The notes under the pieces are model-generated. The model made no database searches, was not told the origin of the DNA, and saw nothing but the letters and a program-made list of their open reading frames with translations. A DNA stretch of 64,000 nucleotides from Alphaproteobacteria bacterium (GTDB lineage Bacteria > Pseudomonadota > Alphaproteobacteria > Bin95), in contig OZ224045.1 in the NCBI GenBank assembly GCA_963665325.3, positions 288,001 through 352,000 on the forward strand, read 5' to 3'. The position numbers were made by a program, and so were the translations under genes. Positions 46,169-55,632 of this stretch are shown piece after piece. The stretch's first letter is position 1. Every line of letters starts with the position of its first letter.

Positions 46169-47472
46169 CCAAGCGGACGGCCCCGAAACGCACGGCGCTT
46201 GTCAACGCCCGCCTTCTGGACCCGGCGAGCAGGCTGGACGCGCCGGGCGGTATCCTGATTGAGGACGGGCGGATCGCCGCAGTCGGGTCCGGGGTGACCG
46301 CCGGTTCCGCCCCGGATGGCGCCGCCGTCATCGACTGCGAAGGCGCCTGCGCCGCGCCCGGCCTGGTCGATATGCGCGTGCAGCTGGGCGAGCCCGGCGG
46401 CGAGCACAAGGAAACCATCGACAGCGGCAGCCTGGCAGCGGCGGCCGGCGGCGTCACTGCGGTTGTGGCTCTGCCGAACACCGCGCCGGTCATCGACGAT
46501 GTGAATGTCGTCGAGTTCATCGCCCGGCGCGCGCGCGAGGTCAGGCGGGTCAAGGTGTTCGCCTATGGAGCCCTGACACGCGGCCTGAAGGGCGAGCAGC
46601 TTACCGAGATCGGCATGCTGAAGGATGCGGGCGCGCTTGCTTTCACCGACGGTCTGCGAGCGGTTTCGAACGCCCGCGTCATGCGCCGGGCGCTATCCTA
46701 TGCACAGGCCTTCGATGCGCTCATCGTGCAGCACCCGGAAGAGCCGGAAATGGCGCGGGGCGGCGTCGCGACCGAGGGGGAGATTGCGACCCGCCTGGGC
46801 CTACCCGGCATATCCGCCGTCGCGGAAGCGATGATGATCGAACGGGATCTCCGCCTGGTCGAACTGACCGGCGGGCGCTATCACGCGGCCCATGTCACTA
46901 CCGCGCAGGGGTTCGCCCTCATCCGCCGCGCCAAGCGCGAGGGCTGGCGGGTCACCTGCGATACGGCGCCCCATTATTTCGCGCTCAACGAGACCGCCGT
47001 TGGCGAATACCGGACCTTCGGCAAGGTCTCCCCACCATTGCGCGCCGAAGCGGACCGGCGCGCCGTGGTCGAGGCGCTGGCGGACGGCACCATCGACGCC
47101 ATAGCGAGCGACCACGACCCGCAGGACCAGGAGTCGAAGCGGCTGCCCTTCGCCGATGCAGAGCCCGGAATCGTCGGCCTGGAGAGCCTGCTGCCGCTAT
47201 CGCTTGAACTCTACCATAACGGCCACATGGCGCTGTTGGACGTGCTGGAGAAGCTGACCTCGGCCCCGGCCGACTTGCTGGGTCTGCCGCTAGGCCGGCT
47301 GGCGCCGGGCCGGGCGGGCGACGTCGTGGTCTTCGACCCGGAAATCCCGGCGCGCATCGAGGTAGGCGCGTTCCGGAGCAAGTCCAAGAACTCTCCCTTC
47401 GACCGCCGCCCGGTGCAGGGCCGGGTGCTTCGCACTGTCGTGGACGGGCGGACGGTGTTCGAGGCCAGCTGA
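46165..47472 (+). CDS. pyrC: Dihydroorotase-like protein (probably inactive PyrC')
   Basis: AAAAGG.T, PNT.P, PHYF, PPLR, IASDH; the HxH motif reads DMRVQ; GTGA overlap with pyrB. Confidence 0.88.
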   Translation: MTKRTAPKRTALVNARLLDPASRLDAPGGILIEDGRIAAVGSGVTAGSAPDGAAVIDCEGACAAPGLVDMRVQLGEPGGEHKETIDSGSLAAAAGGVTAVVALPNTAPVIDDVNVVEFIARRAREVRRVKVFAYGALTRGLKGEQLTEIGMLKDAGALAFTDGLRAVSNARVMRRALSYAQAFDALIVQHPEEPEMARGGVATEGEIATRLGLPGISAVAEAMMIERDLRLVELTGGRYHAAHVTTAQGFALIRRAKREGWRVTCDTAPHYFALNETAVGEYRTFGKVSPPLRAEADRRAVVEALADGTIDAIASDHDPQDQESKRLPFADAEPGIVGLESLLPLSLELYHNGHMALLDVLEKLTSAPADLLGLPLGRLAPGRAGDVVVFDPEIPARIEVGAFRSKSKNSPFDRRPVQGRVLRTVVDGRTVFEAS

Positions 47473-48579
47473 GTGGCGAAACTGGACCGGGCGGTTCCGT
47501 CGCGGATGACCGCGGTGCTGTTGACCGGCCACGGGGGACCGGATGTCCTCGAGTTCCGCGACGACGTTCCCACTCCGGAGCCTGGTCCCGGCGAAGTGCT
47601 GATCGAGGTGGGCGCCGCCGGCGTGAACAATACCGACATCAACACCCGTATCGGCTGGTATTCGAAGAAGGTGAGCGCCGCCACCGGGGACGGCCGCGCG
47701 AGGGGCTTCGACGACATCGATCCGGACGATGCAACATGGTCCGGCCGGCCAATGACCTTTCCCCGGATTCAGGGCGCCGACTGTTGCGGCAGGATCGTGG
47801 CGGTCGGCAGCAGAGTGGACGCCGGCCGGGTCGGGGAGCGCGTAATCGTCAAGACCATGCTGCGCAGCTATGCCGGCGGCGGTCCGTACGAGTGCTGGAC
47901 CTTCGGGTCCGAGTGCGACGGCGCGTTCGCGCAATTCACGAAGGCCCCTGCCTCGGAAACCTTCCGCGTGCAGTGCGACTGGACGGATGCCGAACTCGCA
48001 TCGATTCCCTGTTCCTGGTCCACGGCGGAAAACATGCTGCACCGGGCTGCGGCGGGCGCGGAGCGCGTGTTGGTGACCGGAGCTTCAGGCGGGGTCGGAT
48101 CGGCGGCGGTGCAGCTCGCGCGCCGTCGAGGGGCCGAGGTCATCGCCGTCGCAGCTCAAGCCAAAACCGAGGACATTCGCAGGATCGGCGCCCACCGGGT
48201 TATCGACCGCAATGCGGACCTGCTTTCCGAACTCGGGCCGGACTCCGTCGATGTCGTTATCGACCTGGTGGCGGGGAGGACGTGGCCCGCGCTGCTCGAC
48301 CTGCTGCGGCGCGGCGGCCGCTACGCGGTCGCGGGCGCTATAGCCGGACCGGTCGTCGAACTGGACTTGCGCACGCTCTACCTGAAGGACCTGTCGTTTT
48401 TCGGCTGCACCTTTCAGGAGGACATCGTGTTCGAGAACCTCGTCCGCTACATCGAGCGCGGTGAAATCCGCCCGGTCGTGTCCGGAGTTTTCCCGCTCGC
48501 GCGGATCGCGGAGGTACAGGAAATGTTCCTGGCCAAGGGCTTCATCGGCAAGCTGGTGCTGGAGCCGCCGCCCTCCTAG
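47473..48579 (+). CDS. MDR family oxidoreductase (alcohol dehydrogenase/quinone oxidoreductase-like)
   Basis: GPGEVLIEV.AAGVNNTD, IQGAD, VLVTGASGGVG. Confidence 0.88.
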   Translation: MAKLDRAVPSRMTAVLLTGHGGPDVLEFRDDVPTPEPGPGEVLIEVGAAGVNNTDINTRIGWYSKKVSAATGDGRARGFDDIDPDDATWSGRPMTFPRIQGADCCGRIVAVGSRVDAGRVGERVIVKTMLRSYAGGGPYECWTFGSECDGAFAQFTKAPASETFRVQCDWTDAELASIPCSWSTAENMLHRAAAGAERVLVTGASGGVGSAAVQLARRRGAEVIAVAAQAKTEDIRRIGAHRVIDRNADLLSELGPDSVDVVIDLVAGRTWPALLDLLRRGGRYAVAGAIAGPVVELDLRTLYLKDLSFFGCTFQEDIVFENLVRYIERGEIRPVVSGVFPLARIAEVQEMFLAKGFIGKLVLEPPPS

Positions 48580-48596
48580 CCCGGAAGCAAGGGAAA

Positions 48597-48995
48597 TCAG
48601 CCCTGCAGGCCGGCCACGGCGTCGATCTCCACCTTCATTCCGGGCACGGCGAGCTCCGCAATGCCGATGAGCGTGCTGGCGGGGCGGGCGTCTCCGAAGA
48701 ACTCCCGCCGTACCACATCGACTGCATGGCGGTCGTCCACGTCGGTGAGATAGACCGTCACCTTGAGTATGTCGGCAAACGAAGCGCCGGCGGCCTGCAG
48801 AATCCGGTCCATGTTCTCGAACAGCCGCCTGGTCTGGGCGCCGACATCGTCCCCGCCGACCAGATTGAGGTTCTCATCGACAGGCGCGATTCCGGACACG
48901 AACAGCAGGTCGCCGAAGCGCACGGCGTCGGTGTAGTGGCTGATAGGCTCGTTGAGCCCCTCGATGCGAAATTCTTCACGCTCCCGTTCGGGCAT
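48597..48995 (-). CDS. RidA/YjgF family protein
   Basis: HYTDAV..GDLLFVSG, ILKVTVYLTD, PASTLI, KVEIDAVA. Confidence 0.88.
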   Translation of the reverse strand: MPEREREEFRIEGLNEPISHYTDAVRFGDLLFVSGIAPVDENLNLVGGDDVGAQTRRLFENMDRILQAAGASFADILKVTVYLTDVDDRHAVDVVRREFFGDARPASTLIGIAELAVPGMKVEIDAVAGLQG

Positions 48996-49037
48996 GGCTG
49001 GATCCTCCTTCGCCAGTATCCGGCCACCCCCGCCAGC

Positions 49038-49946
49038 CTATTGCGACGAGCGGAGCCTCGGGTCGAGCACGTCGCGGAGCGCGTCGCCGAAGAGGTTGAA
49101 ACCGAACACGGCGAGCGTGATCGCGAGACCGGGGAACACGGCGACCCAAGGCGCGCTTTCCGCGAACTCCTCGGCCCCGCCCTGCAGCATCAGCCCCCAG
49201 GCCGGCGTCGGCTCCTGCACGCCGAGGCCGAGATAAGAGAGCGACGCCTCGGTCAGGATCGCCTGCCCCACAAAGGCCGTGACCATGATGAGGAAGGGCG
49301 CCATCACATTCGGCGCCATGTGGCGCAGGATGATGCGCGCATGGCCGAACCCGCAGGCTTTCGCGGCATCGATATAGGGGATTTCGCGAATCTGGAGCGC
49401 GGAGGAGCGCACCACGCGGGCGCATCTGGGAACAAAGGGAACGATGATCGCCAGGATCACGTTCTCCGTGCCCGTGCCGAGGATCGACACGACCGCCAGC
49501 GCCATGATGACCAGCGGGAACGCCATAAAGACATCCATCACGCGCTGGAAGATGAGGTCGAACAGGCCGCCGAAATAGGCGCTGGAGACACCGAGGATGA
49601 GACCCAAGAAGCCGCCAACCGCCGCGGAGGCGAAGCCGACGAACAGCGCCGTGCGAGCGCCGTAAACGATACGGGAATAGACGTCGCGGCCGAGCATGTC
49701 GGTGCCGAAGATGAAGTTCCCGTCCGGCGGCACCAGCATATACTCGTAGGAGTTGAGCAACGGGTCGTACGGCGTCACCACGTCGGCGAACACCGCCATC
49801 AGGATCATCAGCACCACGATGATGGCGCCAGCCACGCCCACCGGCTGTTTGCGCGCCGTATCCCGCAGCTTCTCGTGCCAAGGCTTGACGGCCGCCGGCT
49901 CCTCAAACATCGCTACCGCGAGCTGGCCTTCCGAGACTATCGCCAT
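49038..49946 (-). CDS. Dpp/Opp ABC permease (DppC-like)
   Basis: Own AGGAGG RBS and ATG at 49946; FGTDMLGRD, EASLSYLGLG, GDALRDVLDPR. Confidence 0.9.
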   Translation of the reverse strand: MAIVSEGQLAVAMFEEPAAVKPWHEKLRDTARKQPVGVAGAIIVVLMILMAVFADVVTPYDPLLNSYEYMLVPPDGNFIFGTDMLGRDVYSRIVYGARTALFVGFASAAVGGFLGLILGVSSAYFGGLFDLIFQRVMDVFMAFPLVIMALAVVSILGTGTENVILAIIVPFVPRCARVVRSSALQIREIPYIDAAKACGFGHARIILRHMAPNVMAPFLIMVTAFVGQAILTEASLSYLGLGVQEPTPAWGLMLQGGAEEFAESAPWVAVFPGLAITLAVFGFNLFGDALRDVLDPRLRSSQ

Positions 49947-49959
49947 GAGACGAGCCCTC

Positions 49960-50930
49960 CTAGCTGTAGCGAATACGCGGTCGAGCACCGCGTAGAGGAT
50001 ATCGACCACAAGGTTGACGAGGACGAAGATCGTGACCACCAGCATGACCAGCGACTGGGTCATCACATAGTCCTGGTTGGTCACGGATTCGACGAACAGC
50101 TTGCCGATGCCGTTCAGGTTGAAGACCTGCTCCGTCACCACAAGGCCGCCCATCAGGAAGGCGAACTCGATGCCGATGATCGTCACCACGGGCAGCAGCG
50201 AATTGCGCAGCGCGTGGCGGTTGATGATCATCTTTTCCAGCAAGCCCTTGGCGCGGGCGGTGCGCACATAGTCCTCGCGCAACACTTCCAGCAGGGCCGA
50301 GCGCGTCATACGGGTCGCCACGGCGGAATAACGGTAGCCGGTCGCGACTGCCGGCCAGATCAGCATCGAAAGATTATAGGCGGGGTCTTCCCAGAGCGGC
50401 CGGTAGTCGATGGGCGGCATCCAGGGCGTGCCTAACCAGGCCTGGGTGGTAATCAACAGGCCCAGAATGATGATGATGCCGAGCCAGAAAGACGGGATGG
50501 CGATGCCGGCAATGCTGATTGTGCGCACCACATAGTCGATCCAGGTGTTCTGCTTGATCGCAGAGATGGTACCCAGCGGAATGGCGACAATGATGGAGAC
50601 CAGCGTCGCCATGATCGCGATCTGGAGCGAGAGTTCGAATCGCAGCGCAATTTCAAAGGAGACGGGCCGGCCGGTCCACATGGATTCGCCGAAGTTGAAG
50701 GTGAAGAAACTCGTCAGAAAATCGACTAGCTGGACATGCATCGGGTCCATCAGGCCGAGCTGGATCTTGCATTGTTCCAGCGCCACCGGATCGATCCATT
50801 CGCCGCCGCCACCGAGCCGCAGCTGGCAAACGTCGCCGGGCACAGCGCGCAGTAGCAGAAAAACCAGGACCGCCGCCCCGAGCAGGGTCGGGATCAGCAG
50901 CAGTACCCGCTTGATGACATATTTGTACAT
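49960..50930 (-). CDS. Dpp/Opp ABC permease (DppB-like); as sequenced, a 1-bp deletion near its end fuses it to DppC
   Basis: DYVRTARAKGL, HALRN, VDILYAVLD; adding one C at ~49979 restores DPRIRYS-stop (TAG at 49962-49960). Confidence 0.88.
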
Positions 50931-50954
50931 GAATGAACGCCTCTAAGAGAGAAG

Positions 50955-50982
50955 GCGCCGCTCCGGATACCCGGAGCGGCGC
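50955..50982 (-). terminator. Hairpin after the DppA gene
   Basis: GCGCCGCTCCGG-N4-CCGGAGCGGCGC followed by CTTCTCTCTT on the minus strand. Confidence 0.65.
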
Positions 50983-50996
50983 GAGAGGTCGGGCGG

Positions 50997-52694
50997 TCAG
51001 CCGCCCAGTTCGTCCATGGTGCGCTGCTTGCGCTCCTCGTCCGGAACGTCCAGCCAGACCTGGTCCAGAGACTGGTTCAGGTAGTGCGACGGCGCGATCT
51101 TCCAGCCCTTCACGAAGGAACGGTGCGGGTTGATCTTGTGCCACCACAGCACCTGCCCGAAATGCGCCTCGTCGTGCAGGACACGCTTCTCGAACTTCCG
51201 GTAGATTTCCTTCTGCTTCTCGGGATCGCCTTCCCGGTTCATCTCGTCATACCAGTCATCGAGAACCTTGTCTGTGTAGTAGCCGCGGTTGTCCGCCGCC
51301 CGCTCTATCGAGAGCCAGGCGCCGGCATCCACGATCGGGTTCACAATGCTCTGGCAGGACGGCCAGATAGCGACATCGAAAGCGTCCGGATCGCGCAGGC
51401 CCGCATACCAGGGGCCGGTCGGCACCACGACCTGTTCGACATCGAGTCCGACCTGTTTCCACTGGTCCAGCATCCAAGTGCCAACGACCTTGTAGGGTTG
51501 ATCGACGGCGCGGTTCCAGATCTTGAAATGTGCGCCCTCGGCGCCCGCCGCCTTGAGGAGCTCGCGGGCTTTCTCGCGGCTCTTCTTGATGTCCGGCCAG
51601 TAACCGTAATAGGTCTTCAACGTCGCCTCGTCCGTCGCCACCGGATGGCCGGGCAGCGCGAGGCCGCCGACGGTCTTCACGATCGCGATCTTGGAGAGGT
51701 AGTTCGAAGCGCCCCAACGGTCGAGGGCCAGGGTCATGGCTTGCCGGACACGCTTGTCCTGGAACAGCGGCTTGGTCTGGTTTCCGGCATAGCCGAAGGT
51801 GCAGTTCCACGCGCTTTCCTGAACCGTGATGTCTTCGCCGAGCGCCTTCACGAGATCGTCGCGGGACTTCGGCGGGAAGCCGCGGAACTCGATATCGGCG
51901 CGCCCGCCGCGAATCGACTGGATGCGGATCGACATCTTCGGCGCCGAGATTGCCTTGTAGCCATCGAGATAGGGCTTGCCCTCATGATGGTAGTTGTCGT
52001 AGCGCTTGCCTAGCACATGCGAGCCCGGCTGGTGCTCGACGAACGAGAACGCCCCGGTGCCGTTGATGTTGCTCTGGTGCCACTTCATCCCGTACTGCGG
52101 ATCCTTGCCATCGGGGTCGGCCTGTTCCAGATCCTTCTTCGCGTAAACGAAGTTGAACGGCGTCGCGACCATCGGAATGAAGCCGGGCGAAGCATATTTC
52201 AGGTCGAACTGGACCGTGAAGTCGTCCGGCGCCGAGATGGTCTCGACCATCGAGAAGCGGCTGACGCGGTTGCTGAGAATGCCTTCCGGCGGGAAGATGA
52301 TCTTGTTGTAGGTCGCGACGATGTCATGCGCGGTCAACGGCGTGCCGTCATGGAACTTCACACCCTGCCGGATCTTGAAGGTGTAGGTCTTGCCTTCATT
52401 GGTCGGCGCGGGCAGGTCGCCTTCGCAAAGGTCGCAGATGAAGTCCGCGGACTGCGGATCGTCCGGGTTGACGCGGATCAGCAGGCTGTAGAACGGCCGG
52501 ATCGGATGGATCATGCCGAAGGTCGACTCCCGATGCCCGTCATAGGACGGAATCTTTGAGCCGACGACAATGCGCAACACGCCGCCTCTCTTTGGCTCCT
52601 CCGCTGACGCCGCCACGACGCCGCCAGCCGCAACGGCCGCGCCGAGACCGGCCGCCAGGGCCAATCTGGTGAAACTCGTTTTCATGGCAGACAC
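50997..52694 (-). CDS. Dpp/Opp family 5 substrate-binding protein
   Basis: Signal peptide, PKRGGVL, YTFKIRQGVKFHDG.PLTA.D, GTGAF, DKRVRQA. Confidence 0.92.
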   Translation of the reverse strand: MSAMKTSFTRLALAAGLGAAVAAGGVVAASAEEPKRGGVLRIVVGSKIPSYDGHRESTFGMIHPIRPFYSLLIRVNPDDPQSADFICDLCEGDLPAPTNEGKTYTFKIRQGVKFHDGTPLTAHDIVATYNKIIFPPEGILSNRVSRFSMVETISAPDDFTVQFDLKYASPGFIPMVATPFNFVYAKKDLEQADPDGKDPQYGMKWHQSNINGTGAFSFVEHQPGSHVLGKRYDNYHHEGKPYLDGYKAISAPKMSIRIQSIRGGRADIEFRGFPPKSRDDLVKALGEDITVQESAWNCTFGYAGNQTKPLFQDKRVRQAMTLALDRWGASNYLSKIAIVKTVGGLALPGHPVATDEATLKTYYGYWPDIKKSREKARELLKAAGAEGAHFKIWNRAVDQPYKVVGTWMLDQWKQVGLDVEQVVVPTGPWYAGLRDPDAFDVAIWPSCQSIVNPIVDAGAWLSIERAADNRGYYTDKVLDDWYDEMNREGDPEKQKEIYRKFEKRVLHDEAHFGQVLWWHKINPHRSFVKGWKIAPSHYLNQSLDQVWLDVPDEERKQRTMDELGG

Positions 52695-52817
52695 GCTACC
52701 TCCCTGTTTATCGGGCTCCGTTGCGAAGCCCGGCTGCGTGGCAGGCGCCGTAACGCCCCCTATTCCGCCCTTACGCCCTGGCTTGCGCCCTGGCGCATCC
52801 CGGACGGCGTCCCGTTG

Positions 52818-53837
52818 CTACACCTCCGTGCAGGCAACCCAGTGGCCCGGCGTCACCTCGCGGAAAGCCGGGAACGCGTTCGGACAGCCTTCCACCGCGA
52901 TATCGCAGCGCGGATGGAAGACGCAGCCCGAAGGCGGATTGATCGGGCTGGGAATCTCGCCCTTGATGACCTGGTGCGCGCGGGCCTGCTCGACCACCGG
53001 ATCGGGGATCGGAACCGCCTCCAGCAACGCCCTCGTATAGGGATGCATCGGGTTGTCGAACAACTCGTCCGTCTCGGCGAGCTCCACCATCTTGCCCAGA
53101 TACATCACCGCCACCCGGTGGCAGATATGGCGCACCACCGAAAGGTCGTGGCTGATGAACAGGTAGGTGAGGTCGAACTGTTCCCGCAGGTCTTCCAGCA
53201 GGTTGATGACCTGCGCCTGGATCGACACGTCGAGCGCCGACACTGCCTCGTCGCAGACGATGAAGTCCGGCTCCAGCCCGAGCGCCCGCGCGATGCCGAC
53301 GCGCTGGCGCTGCCCGCCCGACATCTCGTGCGGGTAGCGGTCCGCAAAGGCCGGGTTTAGGCCGCAGACCGCCAGCAATTCGCGCACCCGGTCGGTGCGC
53401 TTAGCCTTGTCCGGAATCAGGCCGTGAACGCGGATCGGCTCGCCAATGATTTCGCCGATCTTGAGGCGCGGATTGAGCGAGCTGTACGGGTCCTGGAAGA
53501 TCACCTGGATGCGCCGGCGCATGGCGCGGAGCGCCTCGCCCCGAAGGTCGCTCAATTCGCGCCCTTCGAAGGTGATGGAGCCCGCCGTCGGCCGCTCCAG
53601 CTGCAGAATGCAGCGCCCGGTCGTCGTCTTGCCGCAGCCGGACTCGCCGACGAGGCCCAGCGTCTCTCCCCGGCGGATCTCGAAATCGATGCCGTCCACC
53701 GCTTTCACATGCGCAACGACGCGGCGCATGACGATGCCTTCCGTTACCGGGAAGTGCATCCTGAGGCCGTTGACGGAGATCAGGACGTCCTCTGAGACCG
53801 TGCCCCTGTGGCTCGCCTGCGTCGCAATATCGTTCAT
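52818..53837 (-). CDS. Dpp/Opp ABC ATPase (DppF-like)
   Basis: [34 protein letters not shown]-terminal GC.FHPRC. Confidence 0.93.
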   Translation of the reverse strand: MNDIATQASHRGTVSEDVLISVNGLRMHFPVTEGIVMRRVVAHVKAVDGIDFEIRRGETLGLVGESGCGKTTTGRCILQLERPTAGSITFEGRELSDLRGEALRAMRRRIQVIFQDPYSSLNPRLKIGEIIGEPIRVHGLIPDKAKRTDRVRELLAVCGLNPAFADRYPHEMSGGQRQRVGIARALGLEPDFIVCDEAVSALDVSIQAQVINLLEDLREQFDLTYLFISHDLSVVRHICHRVAVMYLGKMVELAETDELFDNPMHPYTRALLEAVPIPDPVVEQARAHQVIKGEIPSPINPPSGCVFHPRCDIAVEGCPNAFPAFREVTPGHWVACTEV

Positions 53838-54829
53838 GCGACCTGCTCCAGCCCGGCGGCGATCTCCTGCGAGCGGAAACAGGCCGCCCGGTGTCCTTCT
53901 CCCACGCTCTCAAGCGCCGGAAATGCCTGGGCGCATTGCTCCTGCGCATAACGGCAGCGCGGCCGGAAGGAGCAACCTCCGTCGAGGCGTGTCAGGTCCG
54001 GCGGTTGACCCTCAACCGGGTCCAGCTTGGCGCTTCGCTGCTGGTCGACGCGCGGCACGGAGTTGAGCAGGGCAAGCGTGTAGGGATGGCGCGGCCGGTG
54101 ATAGACATCCTCGGCGGTGCCCTCCTCGATGATCTTGCCCGCATACATCACATTCACCCGGTCGGCATAGCGGGCCACGACACCGAGATTGTGGGTGATG
54201 ACGATCATCGCGACGCCGAGTTCTCGGGTCAGGTTTTTCATCAACTCAAGGATTTGCGCCTGGATCGTGACATCGAGCGCCGTCGTCGGCTCGTCTGCGA
54301 TAATCAGCTTGGGCTCGCAGGCGAGCGCCATCGCGATCATCACGCGCTGGCGCATCCCGCCGGAAAGATGATGCGGATACTGGTTCAGCCGGCGGGGCGG
54401 ATCGGAAATGCCGACCATCTCCATAAGTTCCAGCGAGCGCGACGCCGCCCTCTCCTCGTTGTAACCGAGATGGTGGACGACGGTCTCCGTCAGCTGCGTG
54501 CCGATGGTCAGCACCGGATTGAGCGACGTCATCGGCTCCTGGAAGATCATGCCGATATGGCGCCCGCGCACCTTGCGAATCTCGCGGTCGCTGAGCTCCA
54601 GCAGATTGCGTCCCATGAAGCCTATGCGCCCGCCGACGATCTTGCCGGGCGGGTCCGCCACAAGGCGCAGTATGGACAGCGCCGAGACCGACTTGCCGCA
54701 GCCGGACTCGCCGACCACCGCGACCGTCTCGCCTTCTTCCACCGTGTAGGAAATGCCGTCCACGGCGAGAACCGTCCCCGCCGATGTGAAGAACTGCGTC
54801 TTCAACTCGTCAATTTCGAGTAGAGCCAC
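53834..54829 (-). CDS. Dpp/Opp ABC ATPase (DppD-like)
   Basis: [39 protein letters not shown]; GGGAGG RBS with GTG start. Confidence 0.93.
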   Translation of the reverse strand: MALLEIDELKTQFFTSAGTVLAVDGISYTVEEGETVAVVGESGCGKSVSALSILRLVADPPGKIVGGRIGFMGRNLLELSDREIRKVRGRHIGMIFQEPMTSLNPVLTIGTQLTETVVHHLGYNEERAASRSLELMEMVGISDPPRRLNQYPHHLSGGMRQRVMIAMALACEPKLIIADEPTTALDVTIQAQILELMKNLTRELGVAMIVITHNLGVVARYADRVNVMYAGKIIEEGTAEDVYHRPRHPYTLALLNSVPRVDQQRSAKLDPVEGQPPDLTRLDGGCSFRPRCRYAQEQCAQAFPALESVGEGHRAACFRSQEIAAGLEQVA

Positions 54830-54877
54830 ACAACCTCCCGATGTGTCCCGGAGCGACCCCTCACCCTAGAACGGCGG

Positions 54878-54929
54878 ACGGTATGCATTGGATTCAACCT
54901 TGTCAATCGGGCCTCTTGCAGCCCATGTT
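54878..54929. promoter_or_regulatory. Divergent sigma70 promoters with overlapping -35 elements
   Basis: Minus: TTGACA(54906-54901)-N17-TACCGT. Plus: TTGTCA(54900-54905)-N18-CATGTT. Confidence 0.55.
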
Positions 54930-54936
54930 GGCACCG

Positions 54937-55113
54937 ATGCGGATATGTCTTTGCAACGATCTTTCGGCGCAAGCCGTGGAGGGCGCGCTCAGCGAGGGCG
55001 CGCGCCGCGTGGGGGAGATATTCCGCCGCAACGCCTGCGCGCCCGTCTGCGGGCGCTGCGTCGACGCGATCCGCACCATGCTCGACCGCGCAAGGGAGGA
55101 AGAAGAGGGATGA
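54937..55113 (+). CDS. Bfd-like [2Fe-2S] ferredoxin
   Basis: MRICLCN...CGRC (CxC...CxxC), 58 aa. Confidence 0.8.
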   Translation: MRICLCNDLSAQAVEGALSEGARRVGEIFRRNACAPVCGRCVDAIRTMLDRAREEEEG

Positions 55114-55628
55114 GCGCTGAAGCCCGGGAGGTGGGGCCCAACCGGTTCCGAGAGAGCTACGGCCGCTATTTCGAGGATTTCGCCGTCGGCCATATCTACG
55201 AGCACCGGCCGGGCCGCACCATCACCGAAAGCGACAACACCTGGTTCACCCTGCTGACGATGAACCAGCACCCGATCCATTTCGACAAGGAATATGCGCG
55301 CCACAGCGAGTTCGGGCGCCCGCTCGTCAACTCGACCTTCACGCTCTCGCTGGTGGCCGGGATGTCGGTGTCCGACACGAGCCAGAAGGCCGTCGCCAAT
55401 CTCGGCTGGACCGATATCGCGCTCCCCGCCCCGGTATTTGTGGGCGATACGATCTACGCGGAATCGGAGGTGCTGGAGAAGCGCGAGAGCCGGTCGCGCC
55501 CGACCCAGGGGATCGTGCGTATCGCGACGCGGGGCCTCAAGGCCGACGGCACAGTGTTCATGAGCTTCGAGCGCAACATGCTGGTCCCGAAACGCGGCCA
55601 CGCTGTCGATGACAAGGCGGGATACTGA
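55110..55628 (+). CDS. MaoC family (R)-specific dehydratase/hydratase
   Basis: GRYFEDF.VG, RTITESDN, N.HPIHFD, PVFVGDTIYAES; ATGA overlap. Confidence 0.9.
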   Translation: MSAEAREVGPNRFRESYGRYFEDFAVGHIYEHRPGRTITESDNTWFTLLTMNQHPIHFDKEYARHSEFGRPLVNSTFTLSLVAGMSVSDTSQKAVANLGWTDIALPAPVFVGDTIYAESEVLEKRESRSRPTQGIVRIATRGLKADGTVFMSFERNMLVPKRGHAVDDKAGY

Positions 55629-55632
55629 CGCC

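Noticed and set aside
47473-48579. Zinc-dependent alcohol dehydrogenase
   Set aside because: The catalytic Zn ligands are absent (GVNNTD and QGAD instead of GxCxxD and GHE); treated as a Zn-independent MDR
49038-50930. Ancient natural DppB-DppC fusion protein
   Set aside because: An intact hidden DPRIRYS-stop and RBS one base out of frame indicate a recent indel or a sequencing error
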